Shown here in pieces: positions 18,487 through 27,559 of a stretch of DNA of 64,000 nucleotides (positions within the stretch are counted from its first letter, which is position 1; each line of letters starts with the position of its first letter). Source of the stretch: an archaeon. GTDB taxonomy: Archaea > Micrarchaeota > Micrarchaeia > CAILAH01. Location of the stretch: contig JAJSAH010000009.1 of the NCBI GenBank assembly GCA_024274875.1, positions 8,303 through 72,302 on the forward strand, in the 5' to 3' direction. The notes beneath the pieces are model-generated. The model was not told the origin of the DNA, did no database searches, and saw nothing but the letters and a program-made list of their open reading frames with translations. Made by a program: the position numbers and the translations under genes.

Positions 18487-19257
18487 CTACTTCTCGCGCT
18501 TCTTTGCCTCTTTCCAGATGCGTTCGGCATCTTCTTTGGAAACTTTTTCTCCTCGAATAAGCCATGGCTTCCTGTTCTCAATCTTATTAAGTATGCTGCG
18601 CGGAACAGATTCGCTGCTGAATTTGCCTTCCTTCTCGCATATATGCGAAAGCGTTAGCAAATCCCATATTATATCGCCAATCTCCTCCTTCACATTATCG
18701 TAATCTTTGCTTATGAACGCCTGCCTAAGCTCTTCAACCTCGCCAACAACTTCTTTTAAGAATTGCGATGAAGAACGCTCGCCGCACCACGGGCAAAGCC
18801 TAATGTTCCTCTCAGAAAGATTGATCAATTCAACTAAATTTCTTTCCTTTGCATTAAGCATCCTGCGTTTTATTGCTGATGTTTTATGCCTGCTTGGGTC
18901 CATGCTGCATTTATCTCTTATAATCTCTATGCCATGCTGATTGCAAAACCTCTCCAACCCATCAGGAACATGCTGGTCATAGCCAAGATATATGATGGAA
19001 GGTTTTGCATTTTTTACTGAATTAAGCATGTCTGCCTCATCACCAATAATAACTTCATCAACCATCCGCAGATTTTTAACAAGATCTGCGCGCTCATTTT
19101 GATTGTGCATGAGATGTTTCCCGTGCTTGCGCGCAAACTTATCTGTGGCAACTACAACAACAAGCTTGCCGCCAAGCTCTTTTGCGTGAGCAAGATAATG
19201 GACATGCCCTAAATGCAGTATGTCAAAAGTGCCTGCAGCAAGAACAACCTTATCCAT
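18487..19257 (-). CDS. Fusion protein: cytidylyltransferase-like nucleotidyltransferase (RibL/FAD synthase-like) plus a MazG-type NTP pyrophosphohydrolase domain
   Basis: The N-terminal domain has AAGTFDILHLGHVHYL...VVVVATD. A CPWCG linker follows. The C-terminal domain has EVEELRQA...VKEEIGDIIWDLLTLSHI, which is the MazG EExGD pattern. Confidence 0.7.
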   Translation of the reverse strand: MDKVVLAAGTFDILHLGHVHYLAHAKELGGKLVVVVATDKFARKHGKHLMHNQNERADLVKNLRMVDEVIIGDEADMLNSVKNAKPSIIYLGYDQHVPDGLERFCNQHGIEIIRDKCSMDPSRHKTSAIKRRMLNAKERNLVELINLSERNIRLCPWCGERSSSQFLKEVVGEVEELRQAFISKDYDNVKEEIGDIIWDLLTLSHICEKEGKFSSESVPRSILNKIENRKPWLIRGEKVSKEDAERIWKEAKKREK

Positions 19258-20386
19258 TTTTTGCGACCTCCTTTAGCAAAGAGTCAAAAACTTTGAAAAA
19301 CCTTTCCCATGAAAAATTTCTCTTAACATGCTCCCTGCCAGCCCTCCCAATGCGCTCAACCAAATCCATGTTATCAGCCAGCATTTTCATTGTTTCAGCC
19401 ATCTCATCAACAGAATTTACTAAATAACCTGTTCTTCCGTGCGCAATCGTTTCTTTCGGGCCGCCTTCATTAACCGCAATCACAGGCTTCTCGGATGCCA
19501 TTGCTTCCAGCGGAATTATGCCAAAGTCCTCGCTAACAGGCGTGAAAACCACGCACAGCGCTTCCGAATACAATTGTTTAAGCTCTGCCTGCGAAACATC
19601 AAGCAATATCCTGCCGTAGCCTTTTATCATATCGCGTATTTTCTCGTAATACATGACATGCTCCGCCCTATCCTTTATCAGCGAACCAGCAATAATCAGC
19701 TCATATCCCTTTTCTCTAAGGCCAGATTTCTTGAATGCGGATATTGCATACTCAAATCTTTTTTCAGGAGTTATGCGGGATGGATAGAAGAAGTATCTGC
19801 CGTATCCGTTGTTCATGTATTCATTAACATCAACGCCAGGGGGGATAATTTTTGAATCGCGCCTGAGGTATTTCTTTATGCGGAATTGCGAATTAACTGA
19901 ATTTGTTGCAATTCTCTCAATGCGGTTTATCACCTTGAACTCAAAAAACTTGTAAAACTGTATTGATGACCAAAACATTGCTCTGCCAAAAAAACCTCTT
20001 TGCTTCATTCTCCATTCGTACAAATCAAAAGCCTCTCTGTTGGGAGAATGGCAATACCATAACATTCGCTCATTCTTGTTGCGCGCCCATTCGCTCGGCG
20101 TGCCGTGCGCATTCAGCACATCATAATCGTGCTTTATTTTGAGATTCCAGAACGCATCTCCGCTCTGCACGCCCCATTTAACCCTCTCTGGCAAAACGCC
20201 CGCGGGAACAGTAAGGAAAGGTTTTACAACCTTTATATCAAATTCCTTGAACTCTGAAAATGTATTCTCTGGAAGATAGCGGTAGGAATAAATAATCGGA
20301 GAATGCCTTTCCGCAATCTTGAGCACTACTTTTTCAAGACCGCCCTTTGCGTGGAGGAAAGGTTGCAGCAAAACAAGGTCCATCAA
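19250..20386 (-). CDS. Glycosyltransferase (GT4 / Glycos_transf_1 fold)
   Basis: The C-terminal motif is PVSEDFGIIPLEAMASEKPVIAVNEGGPKETI (E-x7-E type). Confidence 0.8.
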   Translation of the reverse strand: MMDLVLLQPFLHAKGGLEKVVLKIAERHSPIIYSYRYLPENTFSEFKEFDIKVVKPFLTVPAGVLPERVKWGVQSGDAFWNLKIKHDYDVLNAHGTPSEWARNKNERMLWYCHSPNREAFDLYEWRMKQRGFFGRAMFWSSIQFYKFFEFKVINRIERIATNSVNSQFRIKKYLRRDSKIIPPGVDVNEYMNNGYGRYFFYPSRITPEKRFEYAISAFKKSGLREKGYELIIAGSLIKDRAEHVMYYEKIRDMIKGYGRILLDVSQAELKQLYSEALCVVFTPVSEDFGIIPLEAMASEKPVIAVNEGGPKETIAHGRTGYLVNSVDEMAETMKMLADNMDLVERIGRAGREHVKRNFSWERFFKVFDSLLKEVAKNG

Positions 20387-20471
20387 CAGAAATAAACAAA
20401 TTTATTTTATAAACATCACGGCTCTTAATTTGAGCGCTGTGCGTTCGCGCGGAACGTACTGGGGTGAAATT

Positions 20472-20867
20472 ATGAAGATAAATATTGGAGACAAAGATGG
20501 AAAGACATATAAAGTAGAGTTGGATGCTGGAAAATCTGCTGCTCTGGCGGGAAAAAAAATCGGCGAGGAGCTTGAAGGAGATTTAATAGGCGTTCCCGGA
20601 TATATTTTTGAAATAAAGGGGGGCAGCGATAACTCAGGATTCCCTATGCGAAAAGATGTTAGGGGCGCTGGAAAAAAAGTTGTGTTCATAGGTGGCGGCC
20701 CAGGAATAAGAAAGGCAAAGAAAGGATTGAGAAGGAGAAAAACAGTTAGGGGCAATACGATTTCTGAAGAAATTTCTCAAGTCAATGTTATAGTGAAAAA
20801 GGCGGGCGCGCAACCTCTTTCTGAAATGTTCAAGAAGGAAGAGGAAGAAAAAAAGGAGGAAAAATAG
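20472..20867 (+). CDS. rps6e: 30S ribosomal protein S6e
   Basis: MKINIGDKDGKTYKVEL...GGSDNSGFPMRKDV.G....V......G.R......RRRKTVRGN is present. The ATG at 20472 follows GGGGTGA. The upstream extension in the ORF track was rejected. Confidence 0.85.
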   Translation: MKINIGDKDGKTYKVELDAGKSAALAGKKIGEELEGDLIGVPGYIFEIKGGSDNSGFPMRKDVRGAGKKVVFIGGGPGIRKAKKGLRRRKTVRGNTISEEISQVNVIVKKAGAQPLSEMFKKEEEEKKEEK

Positions 20868-22070
20868 ATGCAACCGCAACTTAACATAGTGATGCTCGGC
20901 CATGTAGACCACGGCAAAACGAGCATTACCAAAGCGCTCAGCGGCGTGTGGGCTGATAAGCACAGCGAGGAGATACGAAGAGGGATCACGATTAAAATAG
21001 GTTATGCAGATGTTGAGATACGCAAATGCCCTAAGTGCAAAGGAACGCAGGCATTCACTACCAAGCAAACCTGCGGAATATGTGGTTCCAAAACCGAAGT
21101 GGTCAGGAAATTCTCCATACTCGACGCGCCGGGCCACGAGACGCTTATGACCACTGCAATCGCAGCATCGAGCATAACGGATGGGGCAATATTAGTGATT
21201 GCTGCGAATGAGGATTGCCCGCAGCCGCAAACATTAGAACATTTGATGGTGTTGCAGATACTTGGCATAGACAAGATTGTGGTTGTGCAGAACAAGGTAG
21301 ATATAGTAAGCCCTGAGAAGGCCAAGCAAAATTATGAGCAGATTAGGGCTTTTCTCAAAGGCACGAAAGCCGAAAACGCGCCGATAATACCTATGGCCGC
21401 TAATTATGGCATAAATGTGAATGCGCTTCTTGAAGCTGTATATGAAACAATACCTGTTCCTGAAAGAAATGCTGAACTGCCCGTTGCCATGTATGTTGCA
21501 AGATCTTTTGATGTTAACAAACCGGGCTCGGAGTTAACGCGGCTCGTTGGAGCAGTGATAGGTGGATCTATAATGCAAGGGGAGGTAAAGATAGGTGATG
21601 AGATTGAGATTTCACCGGGAATAATAATAGATAAAAAAAGAGGGATTCATAAAAAATTGCATACGACCGTCACTGACATACGCTGCGCGGGCGAAAAGCT
21701 TGAAAAAGCAGGTCCTGGCGGGCTTATCGCGCTGTCAACCTTGCTCGACCCATCGCTCGCAAAATCTGATGGGTTGGTTGGGCAGTTGGTTGGAAAGCCG
21801 GGCACTTTGCCTGACCCAGTAAATGAAATTGATATTAAATACGACTTAATAGAGCGCACTGATGTGCAGATGCCTTCATTGCAGATGAATGAACCAATTG
21901 TGATCAGCGTAGGAACAGCAATAAGCGTAGGAATAATTAAGAATCTGAAAAAAGGAGTTGCGCACCTAATACTGAAAAGGCCGATCGTAGCAGAGAAGGG
22001 AACAAAGGTTGCAATTAGCAGAATGGCATCAAATAGGTGGAGATTGGGAGGCTTTGGAATTGTTAAGTAA
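20868..22070 (+). CDS. eif2g: Translation initiation factor aIF2, gamma subunit
   Basis: The G1 motif is GHVDHGKTS. The zinc ribbon is CPKC...CGIC. DAPGHE and NKVD are also present. Confidence 0.9.
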   Translation: MQPQLNIVMLGHVDHGKTSITKALSGVWADKHSEEIRRGITIKIGYADVEIRKCPKCKGTQAFTTKQTCGICGSKTEVVRKFSILDAPGHETLMTTAIAASSITDGAILVIAANEDCPQPQTLEHLMVLQILGIDKIVVVQNKVDIVSPEKAKQNYEQIRAFLKGTKAENAPIIPMAANYGINVNALLEAVYETIPVPERNAELPVAMYVARSFDVNKPGSELTRLVGAVIGGSIMQGEVKIGDEIEISPGIIIDKKRGIHKKLHTTVTDIRCAGEKLEKAGPGGLIALSTLLDPSLAKSDGLVGQLVGKPGTLPDPVNEIDIKYDLIERTDVQMPSLQMNEPIVISVGTAISVGIIKNLKKGVAHLILKRPIVAEKGTKVAISRMASNRWRLGGFGIVK

Positions 22071-22282
22071 AGCTGGCTAAAAATGGCTGCAAAACTAAAA
22101 TGCGCTGTTTTGCCCTTTGTTTTTTGATTATGGAAATCTGAGCGCTTTATTTTGCTTTTACCGCAGTTTTCCTGAGAGAATGCCCTATTAATGAAAACTT
22201 CGCGCAAACGCACGCCTAATTTTTTCAGAATAGGAATCCTGCCCCAAAAACAAATAAAAATGATTCAGCAGCTAAACAAATC

Positions 22283-24301
22283 ATGCAGGTAGATGAGAAA
22301 TTTGCGAGCGAGTGGGAGGAATTTTTGTCAACAGTATATGGAAAGAAGATTGCAAGATTAAAAAGCATGTTCCCAAAAGTTCGCAGCATTCTTATCGATT
22401 ATTCGGATGTTGAGAAATGGAATACCGAACTTGCTGATGCCCTCCTGTCAAGCCCTGATGAGATGCTTGCTGCTGCAAACGAAGCCCTTGAAAAGTGCGG
22501 CGTTGAGAAAGAGTATGGGCACGAACCGCATGTTCGCATAACCAATCTTCCGGATACAAACTTGCTCATACAGGATATTGGTGCGGCGCACATAGATAAG
22601 ATGATAAGAGTTGAGGGGGTTGTGACAAAACGCGCTGAAACGAAACCCAAAGTGAAAATTGCAATATACAAATGTTCCAATTGCGGCGCAACTTACAAAA
22701 TCGCCATAACTAAATCAACTAAACCCATGAGCATCTGCGAAGTATGCAAAAAGAAAATCAATTTTTCCGAAGAGGAGTCGTACTTCATAGATGTGCAGAT
22801 GGCCGAGATACAAGAACTGCTTGAAAGGTTGAGAGGCGGTGCGCCGGCAAGCCACATACCGCTTATGATAGAAGATGATCTAGTGAATACAATCAATCCT
22901 GGAGATAATATCATCGTAACGGCAGTGCTGAGGATAAAACCGCCTCAGAAAGGCAAGAATGAGAATGTGTACGCAAAATATTTAGATGTTGTGAGCATAG
23001 AGAAGATGCAGAAGGATTTTGAGCAGTTGGAAGTTACAGAAGAAGAAGAAATTGAGATAAAAAAACTCAGCAAAGATCCAAACATATTGAAGAGGATTGC
23101 TGAATCAATTGCGCACGGAATCTACGGACACGGCATGATTAAGCAGGCTATTGCGCTTCAATTGTTTGGAGGCACGCGCAACAAAGTTTTGCCGGGCGGC
23201 GCGCCAATCAGAAGCGATATACACCTTCTATTAATAGGTGATCCCGGCGCGGCAAAATCAAGAATGTTGCAATATGTGTCTGATGTTGCCCCAAAAAGCG
23301 TGTATGTGAGCGGAAAATCAATCTCAGGAGTGGGGCTTACAGCATCAGCCGAAAGAGATGAATTGGGTGATGGGGGATGGGTGCTGAAAGCCGGAGCGCT
23401 TGTTCTCGCGAGCGGCGGAATTGCTGCAATAGATGAGTTTGATAAAATTGATGATAAGGAAAGAGCCGCGCTTCACGAAGCTATGGAAATGCAATCAGTA
23501 TCGGTTGCGAAAGCAGGAATTGTTGCAAGATTCAAAACCAAAACCTCAATAATTGCTGCGGCAAACCCTAAGTATGGGAGGTTCAACCCAAACCAGTATC
23601 CTGCTGAGCAGTTCAACATCCCTCCAACAATATTGAGCAGGTTTGATCTCATATTTCCAATTTTCGATGTGCTTGATGAACAGAAGGATAGGGAAATGGC
23701 TAAGCACATACTGAATTTTCATGCAAATGGGGAGGAATCCATAAAAGATGACAGCATAATAGATAAGGAATTGTTGAGAAAATACATAGCGTATGCGCGC
23801 AAGAACATCTTCCCAAAGCTTACAAAAGATGCAATGGATAGGATTTCTGAATACTATGTTGAAATGAGAAAGATGGGGAAGAAGGAAGGTTCAGTGCCTA
23901 TAACCGCACGGCAAATAGAAGGGCTGATACGGCTTACAGAAGCGTCTGCAAAAGCAAGGTTGAGCAACTTCGCAGAGATTGAAGATGCTGAACGCGCGAT
24001 AAAATTGTTCGATTATGCACTTAAACAGATTGCGCTCGATTCAAGCACAGGAAAGCTTGATATAGATATCATCGCCACAGGCCAGCCAAAGGCAAGGACA
24101 GAGAAGTTTGCTATTATGCTTAATGTAATCAAACAGTTGTCGGAAAAGTATGATATGATTGATGTTGAAGATATAAAGGATGCATTGAAAGAGTATGACA
24201 TTGATGGGAGAGAAGCTGAGAGGATATTGGATCAGCTCGCGGAGAAGGGAGAGATATATAAGCCAAAACATGGATTTATAAAATTGCTAGATAGAAGATG
24301 A
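22283..24301 (+). CDS. mcm: MCM replicative helicase
   Basis: The zinc finger is CSNCG...CEVC. Walker A is IGDPGAAKS and Walker B is IDEFDK. The arginine-finger region SRFDL and a C-terminal winged helix are present. Confidence 0.95.
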   Translation: MQVDEKFASEWEEFLSTVYGKKIARLKSMFPKVRSILIDYSDVEKWNTELADALLSSPDEMLAAANEALEKCGVEKEYGHEPHVRITNLPDTNLLIQDIGAAHIDKMIRVEGVVTKRAETKPKVKIAIYKCSNCGATYKIAITKSTKPMSICEVCKKKINFSEEESYFIDVQMAEIQELLERLRGGAPASHIPLMIEDDLVNTINPGDNIIVTAVLRIKPPQKGKNENVYAKYLDVVSIEKMQKDFEQLEVTEEEEIEIKKLSKDPNILKRIAESIAHGIYGHGMIKQAIALQLFGGTRNKVLPGGAPIRSDIHLLLIGDPGAAKSRMLQYVSDVAPKSVYVSGKSISGVGLTASAERDELGDGGWVLKAGALVLASGGIAAIDEFDKIDDKERAALHEAMEMQSVSVAKAGIVARFKTKTSIIAAANPKYGRFNPNQYPAEQFNIPPTILSRFDLIFPIFDVLDEQKDREMAKHILNFHANGEESIKDDSIIDKELLRKYIAYARKNIFPKLTKDAMDRISEYYVEMRKMGKKEGSVPITARQIEGLIRLTEASAKARLSNFAEIEDAERAIKLFDYALKQIALDSSTGKLDIDIIATGQPKARTEKFAIMLNVIKQLSEKYDMIDVEDIKDALKEYDIDGREAERILDQLAEKGEIYKPKHGFIKLLDRR

Positions 24302-24304
24302 TGC

Positions 24305-25177
24305 ATGAATAATGTTGCAAAATTGCTCGCAATGTTCGCAATCGCACAGATTTTAGGTTTGGTTGTGATGAGCGCGTTTGTGCAGCATGATGCATCAGAT
24401 GTGTTTAAATATGAACAATATTCAATAGATGACTTGTTCTTCATGCTTCTTGGGTTTGCGTTCACTGTAATATTTCTGGTAATATTAGTGACTAAGTATA
24501 AAGGGGTGCTGCTCTACAAAATAATGGAGTTTATTATCGTAGCAAGCGCAACATTCGTAATATTCTACGGAGTAGGCTTGCATGTCGGGTATGACATTGG
24601 AACGGCGGTTGCGCTCGCTGTTATGCTGTCCACCATAAAATTCTTCAATCCTCGCATAAAAAACCTCACGGCAACGGTCTCAAGCGCGGGAGTTGCTGTA
24701 ATGTTTGCAACGTTCTTTTCCTTCATAGATATGATAATATTCGTAATTATCATGAGCGTGTATGATTATGTTGCTGTATTCGTCACAAAACATATGGTTC
24801 TGCTTGCTTCGGAGTTTGGCGCGAGAGATATCTCTTTCTCAATATCTGCAAAGGAGAAAGTAAGGAAGAGAGTGAAAGCAAAATACAAAGGCAAAGTTAG
24901 GGAATTTATTCAGGAAAGAACTGAACGGCTGGAGCTTGGGACTGGGGACATTGCGCTCCCATTAGCATTCAACTTGGTTGTATTCAAATTCATGGCGGTG
25001 CAGAACATTGGAGCGGCAATAAGCGCGTTCATAGTTATCTCAACATTCTCAATCATATCGCTTGCCATCACATTAGCATTCGTTAAAAAGCGCAAATTAT
25101 TCCTTCCCGCGCTGCCGCCCATCATGCTGGGAACGGTGCTTGGGTATATATTAGCGTACATCAGCGGAATGGTATGA
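24305..25177 (+). CDS. Presenilin / signal-peptide-peptidase-like intramembrane aspartyl protease (A22 family)
   Basis: It is polytopic and carries YD (SVYDYVAVF), GxGD (LGTGDIALP) and PAL (LPALPPI) motifs in the canonical order. Confidence 0.8.
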   Translation: MNNVAKLLAMFAIAQILGLVVMSAFVQHDASDVFKYEQYSIDDLFFMLLGFAFTVIFLVILVTKYKGVLLYKIMEFIIVASATFVIFYGVGLHVGYDIGTAVALAVMLSTIKFFNPRIKNLTATVSSAGVAVMFATFFSFIDMIIFVIIMSVYDYVAVFVTKHMVLLASEFGARDISFSISAKEKVRKRVKAKYKGKVREFIQERTERLELGTGDIALPLAFNLVVFKFMAVQNIGAAISAFIVISTFSIISLAITLAFVKKRKLFLPALPPIMLGTVLGYILAYISGMV

Positions 25178-25201
25178 TTTTATTGCAATAAAAAAGAAAA
25201 A

Positions 25202-25621
25202 TTAGGCTCTTTTTCCTGAAGTTGCCGCGCCGCCCTTGCTTGTAATTTCTATGCGAGGCGGTATCAACGGGGGCGCAAGGTTAACTGCGCGCGCAACGAA
25301 CACGCCGTTTACGCCTGAGCTGAAATTGATGAGATTGAGCAGCGGCTGCGCAATCTCATTTGGGAGTTTCTTCTCCATTCTCCACCCCTCTTCAATCTTC
25401 TTTGCGCCGTCTTCGCTGTCCTTTGCATACACAGTGCCGCTTATTTTAAGATAACCAACATCATCTGCATATTTCACAGTGTATGTGAAATCTAACATAA
25501 TATCTTCTTTCATCGCTTTAATATCATCTATGTTTATGTTTATGTTCAACCCATTAATGAGAGTATCTTTCTCCCTCTTTGCTTCAACATATCCTAGCTT
25601 AACTCCTCTAAATTCCACCAT
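25202..25621 (-). CDS. Hypothetical protein (140 aa)
   Basis: I trimmed the ORF to the ATG at 25621 (MVEFRGVKL...). I recognise no motif. Confidence 0.45.
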   Translation of the reverse strand: MVEFRGVKLGYVEAKREKDTLINGLNININIDDIKAMKEDIMLDFTYTVKYADDVGYLKISGTVYAKDSEDGAKKIEEGWRMEKKLPNEIAQPLLNLINFSSGVNGVFVARAVNLAPPLIPPRIEITSKGGAATSGKRA

Positions 25622-25667
25622 ATAAAAACACCTCTCTGCGAATAATATGCAAAGAAAAATTATTAAG

Positions 25668-26945
25668 CTAAATGTTTTGGTATTTAGCCAGTTCAAACCC
25701 GCTTATGCGCGATGAAACCTCTTTTATTTCCCTCTCTTTCAGATCGATGTACATGTGAAGGAACTCATCGCTAAATATGTTTTTAAGAAAGTCATGGTCG
25801 CTGAGCAGAGAACTGAGCGATTCAGCAAGGGACCTCGGAGTAGATACTTCCTTCCCTTCATCAAAAGATAGCTTTTTGTTGATGCCATCAACCCCTGCAG
25901 CGATAAGAGCGCTGTATGCAAGGTATGGATTGATTGAGGAATCTGCAAACCTGTACTCTATTCTCTTATCTGATTCGCCCTGTATTGCGAGAGGAATTCT
26001 AACGAGATTGTTGAATGCTCGAATGTGCTCAATATGCACAGCATCTTTGTATGAAAGAGTGGTTGGAAGCAGGAATGCGCTGAGAGAGCGTATGTGGTCC
26101 ATAAGCCCTGCCAAAAAATAATACCCTGTATCGCTGAGCTGTTTGCCGCTCAAATCCATGAATATGTTGTCATCACCTTTCCATCCGCTGAAATTTATGT
26201 GCGCTTCGCTCATCGGTTCGTTGTTTGATACTTTTGGCGCAAATGTTGCTATTGCGCCCACAAGCATAGCTGCATTCTTAGTGAGATGCTTCACGCTTGC
26301 AAAATCATCAGCAGCTTTGAGAGGGCTGTTTGGTGATAGCGCAACCTCTTGCTGCATTCTGCCCTTCTCATGAGTAAGCGAGCGCACATCTACTCCTGTA
26401 AGGTCGGCATAATCTCCTATTTGCAGGCGAATGCCCCTCGCTATGTCCGCATTCAGCGTCTGATTGCGTCTCGAACCGTGCTCAAACTCCCCATCATATT
26501 GGCTCATGGCAATCTCTCTCGAATCCATGTATGCGCCATAACTAAAATGCGAAACATCCGTAACTAAAGAATCCATTATGTAAAAGTCCATCTCAGTTCC
26601 CAATTCAAATGAGATTTTATGTTTCTTTCCTAAATCCTGCGCATTAGACAACAGGTTGCGCGGGTCGTATGGGGAATTCGTGCGCGCGATCAACCTGACT
26701 GTGCTCGGCTCCCATGGAACAACTGCGTATGTGTTGGGGTCAGGTATGAGAGGCAGATGCTCTCCCGAGTCATAGAACATTGAGTAATTGTCTATCACTG
26801 CGCCTCCAACCTTGAATGAATCAACATCAAGATTTCTCGAAGGAATAGTAACTGTTTTGAAAAAACCGAGCACATCTGTATACTGCAAGTCCACCCATCT
26901 ATACCTGTCAGCATTAATCTGGTCCAATACTTTAGAAGCATCCAT
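25668..26945 (-). CDS. Glutamine synthetase-family protein, divergent
   Basis: GS-like motifs present are FELGTEMDFY, FNNLVRIP and IEYRFADSSINPYLAYSALIAAGVDGI. The GSGMH nucleotide/metal motif reads PMSEAH, and no FDGSS motif was recognised. The start is set at MDASKVLDQ. The longer ORF in the track runs through a tRNA gene. Confidence 0.7.
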   Translation of the reverse strand: MDASKVLDQINADRYRWVDLQYTDVLGFFKTVTIPSRNLDVDSFKVGGAVIDNYSMFYDSGEHLPLIPDPNTYAVVPWEPSTVRLIARTNSPYDPRNLLSNAQDLGKKHKISFELGTEMDFYIMDSLVTDVSHFSYGAYMDSREIAMSQYDGEFEHGSRRNQTLNADIARGIRLQIGDYADLTGVDVRSLTHEKGRMQQEVALSPNSPLKAADDFASVKHLTKNAAMLVGAIATFAPKVSNNEPMSEAHINFSGWKGDDNIFMDLSGKQLSDTGYYFLAGLMDHIRSLSAFLLPTTLSYKDAVHIEHIRAFNNLVRIPLAIQGESDKRIEYRFADSSINPYLAYSALIAAGVDGINKKLSFDEGKEVSTPRSLAESLSSLLSDHDFLKNIFSDEFLHMYIDLKEREIKEVSSRISGFELAKYQNI

Positions 26946-27024
26946 GCTATCACCATTTATAACTATGCTTAAATACGCAGCATAATTTATATAATTTATA
27001 ACATCAAATATCGATGAGTGATGG

Positions 27025-27216
27025 ATGATGATAAAGCGATGCGAAAGATGCGGGAGAGAAACGCATTTCGTTGAGAAGTGTGCATTTTGCAATAAGTATG
27101 TGTGCAGAAGCTGCGAACACGCTGCGAAAAATATACGCAAGGTGCGCAGGATTGTAATATGCAAAACGTGCTTCGGCGATGCAGCAAAGATGAAAAAATA
27201 CGAGAACATGAAATAA
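27025..27216 (+). CDS. Small cysteine-rich zinc-ribbon protein (63 aa)
   Basis: Four CxxC pairs are present: CERCG, CAFCN, CRSCE and CKTCF. It occupies the gap between the GS-like start and the tRNA-Phe. Confidence 0.55.
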   Translation: MMIKRCERCGRETHFVEKCAFCNKYVCRSCEHAAKNIRKVRRIVICKTCFGDAAKMKKYENMK

Positions 27217-27217
27217 T

Positions 27218-27325
27218 GCCGCAGTAGCTCAGCCTGGGAGAGCACACGGCTGAAGAATGCAGTATGTGCTCTGAAACCGTGGTGTCGGTGGTTCAAATAT
27301 TTGGTTGGAAATCCGCCCTGCGGCA
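27218..27325 (+). tRNA. tRNA-Phe (anticodon GAA), apparently with two introns: about 20 nt after position 37, and 14 nt within the T-loop
   Basis: Acceptor stem is GCCGCAG/CUGCGGC with discriminator A. D arm is GCUC-AGCCUGGGA-GAGC. The anticodon stem CACGG/CCGUG encloses 27 nt that begin CUGAAG. The T stem GGUGG/CCGCC encloses UUCAAAU plus 14 extra nt. Removing both inserts leaves a canonical 74-nt tRNA. Confidence 0.75.
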
Positions 27326-27358
27326 TCTATTTTTATATGTTTAAGCAGATAATTGCAT

Positions 27359-27520
27359 ATGGATGCAGTGCACTTAGGAATCGTGCTCGTCATATCGCTC
27401 GCATTGGCATATGTGCTTGCGAGCATTGTTTGGAAGGGTATAGAATTATTGTTTAAAACGATTGTTGTGCTTGTGCTCACAATCATAATTGCAGGCATAT
27501 TGTTTCTTGTGTTAAGATAG
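27359..27520 (+). CDS. Hypothetical small membrane protein (53 aa, two hydrophobic helices), not in the ORF track
   Basis: My translation is MDAVHLGIVLVISLALAYVLASIVWKGIELLFKTIVVLVLTIIIAGILFLVLR. Confidence 0.4.
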   Translation: MDAVHLGIVLVISLALAYVLASIVWKGIELLFKTIVVLVLTIIIAGILFLVLR

Positions 27521-27559
27521 GTTTATATTTATCCAAACCCAAAATTTAATGGGGAGATT

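Noticed and set aside
20319-20471. A 51-codon upstream extension of the S6e ORF
   Set aside because: It overlaps the start of the divergent glycosyltransferase gene and the promoter region. The canonical S6e N-terminus (MKINIGD) begins at 20472, preceded by GGGGTGA.
26946-27326. N-terminal extension of 127 codons on the GS-like ORF (track coordinates 25668-27326)
   Set aside because: The extension runs antisense through the tRNA-Phe gene and the zinc-ribbon ORF. It is low-complexity (FIFAAS, HHSSIF). GS homology begins only at MDASKVLDQ (ATG at 26945).
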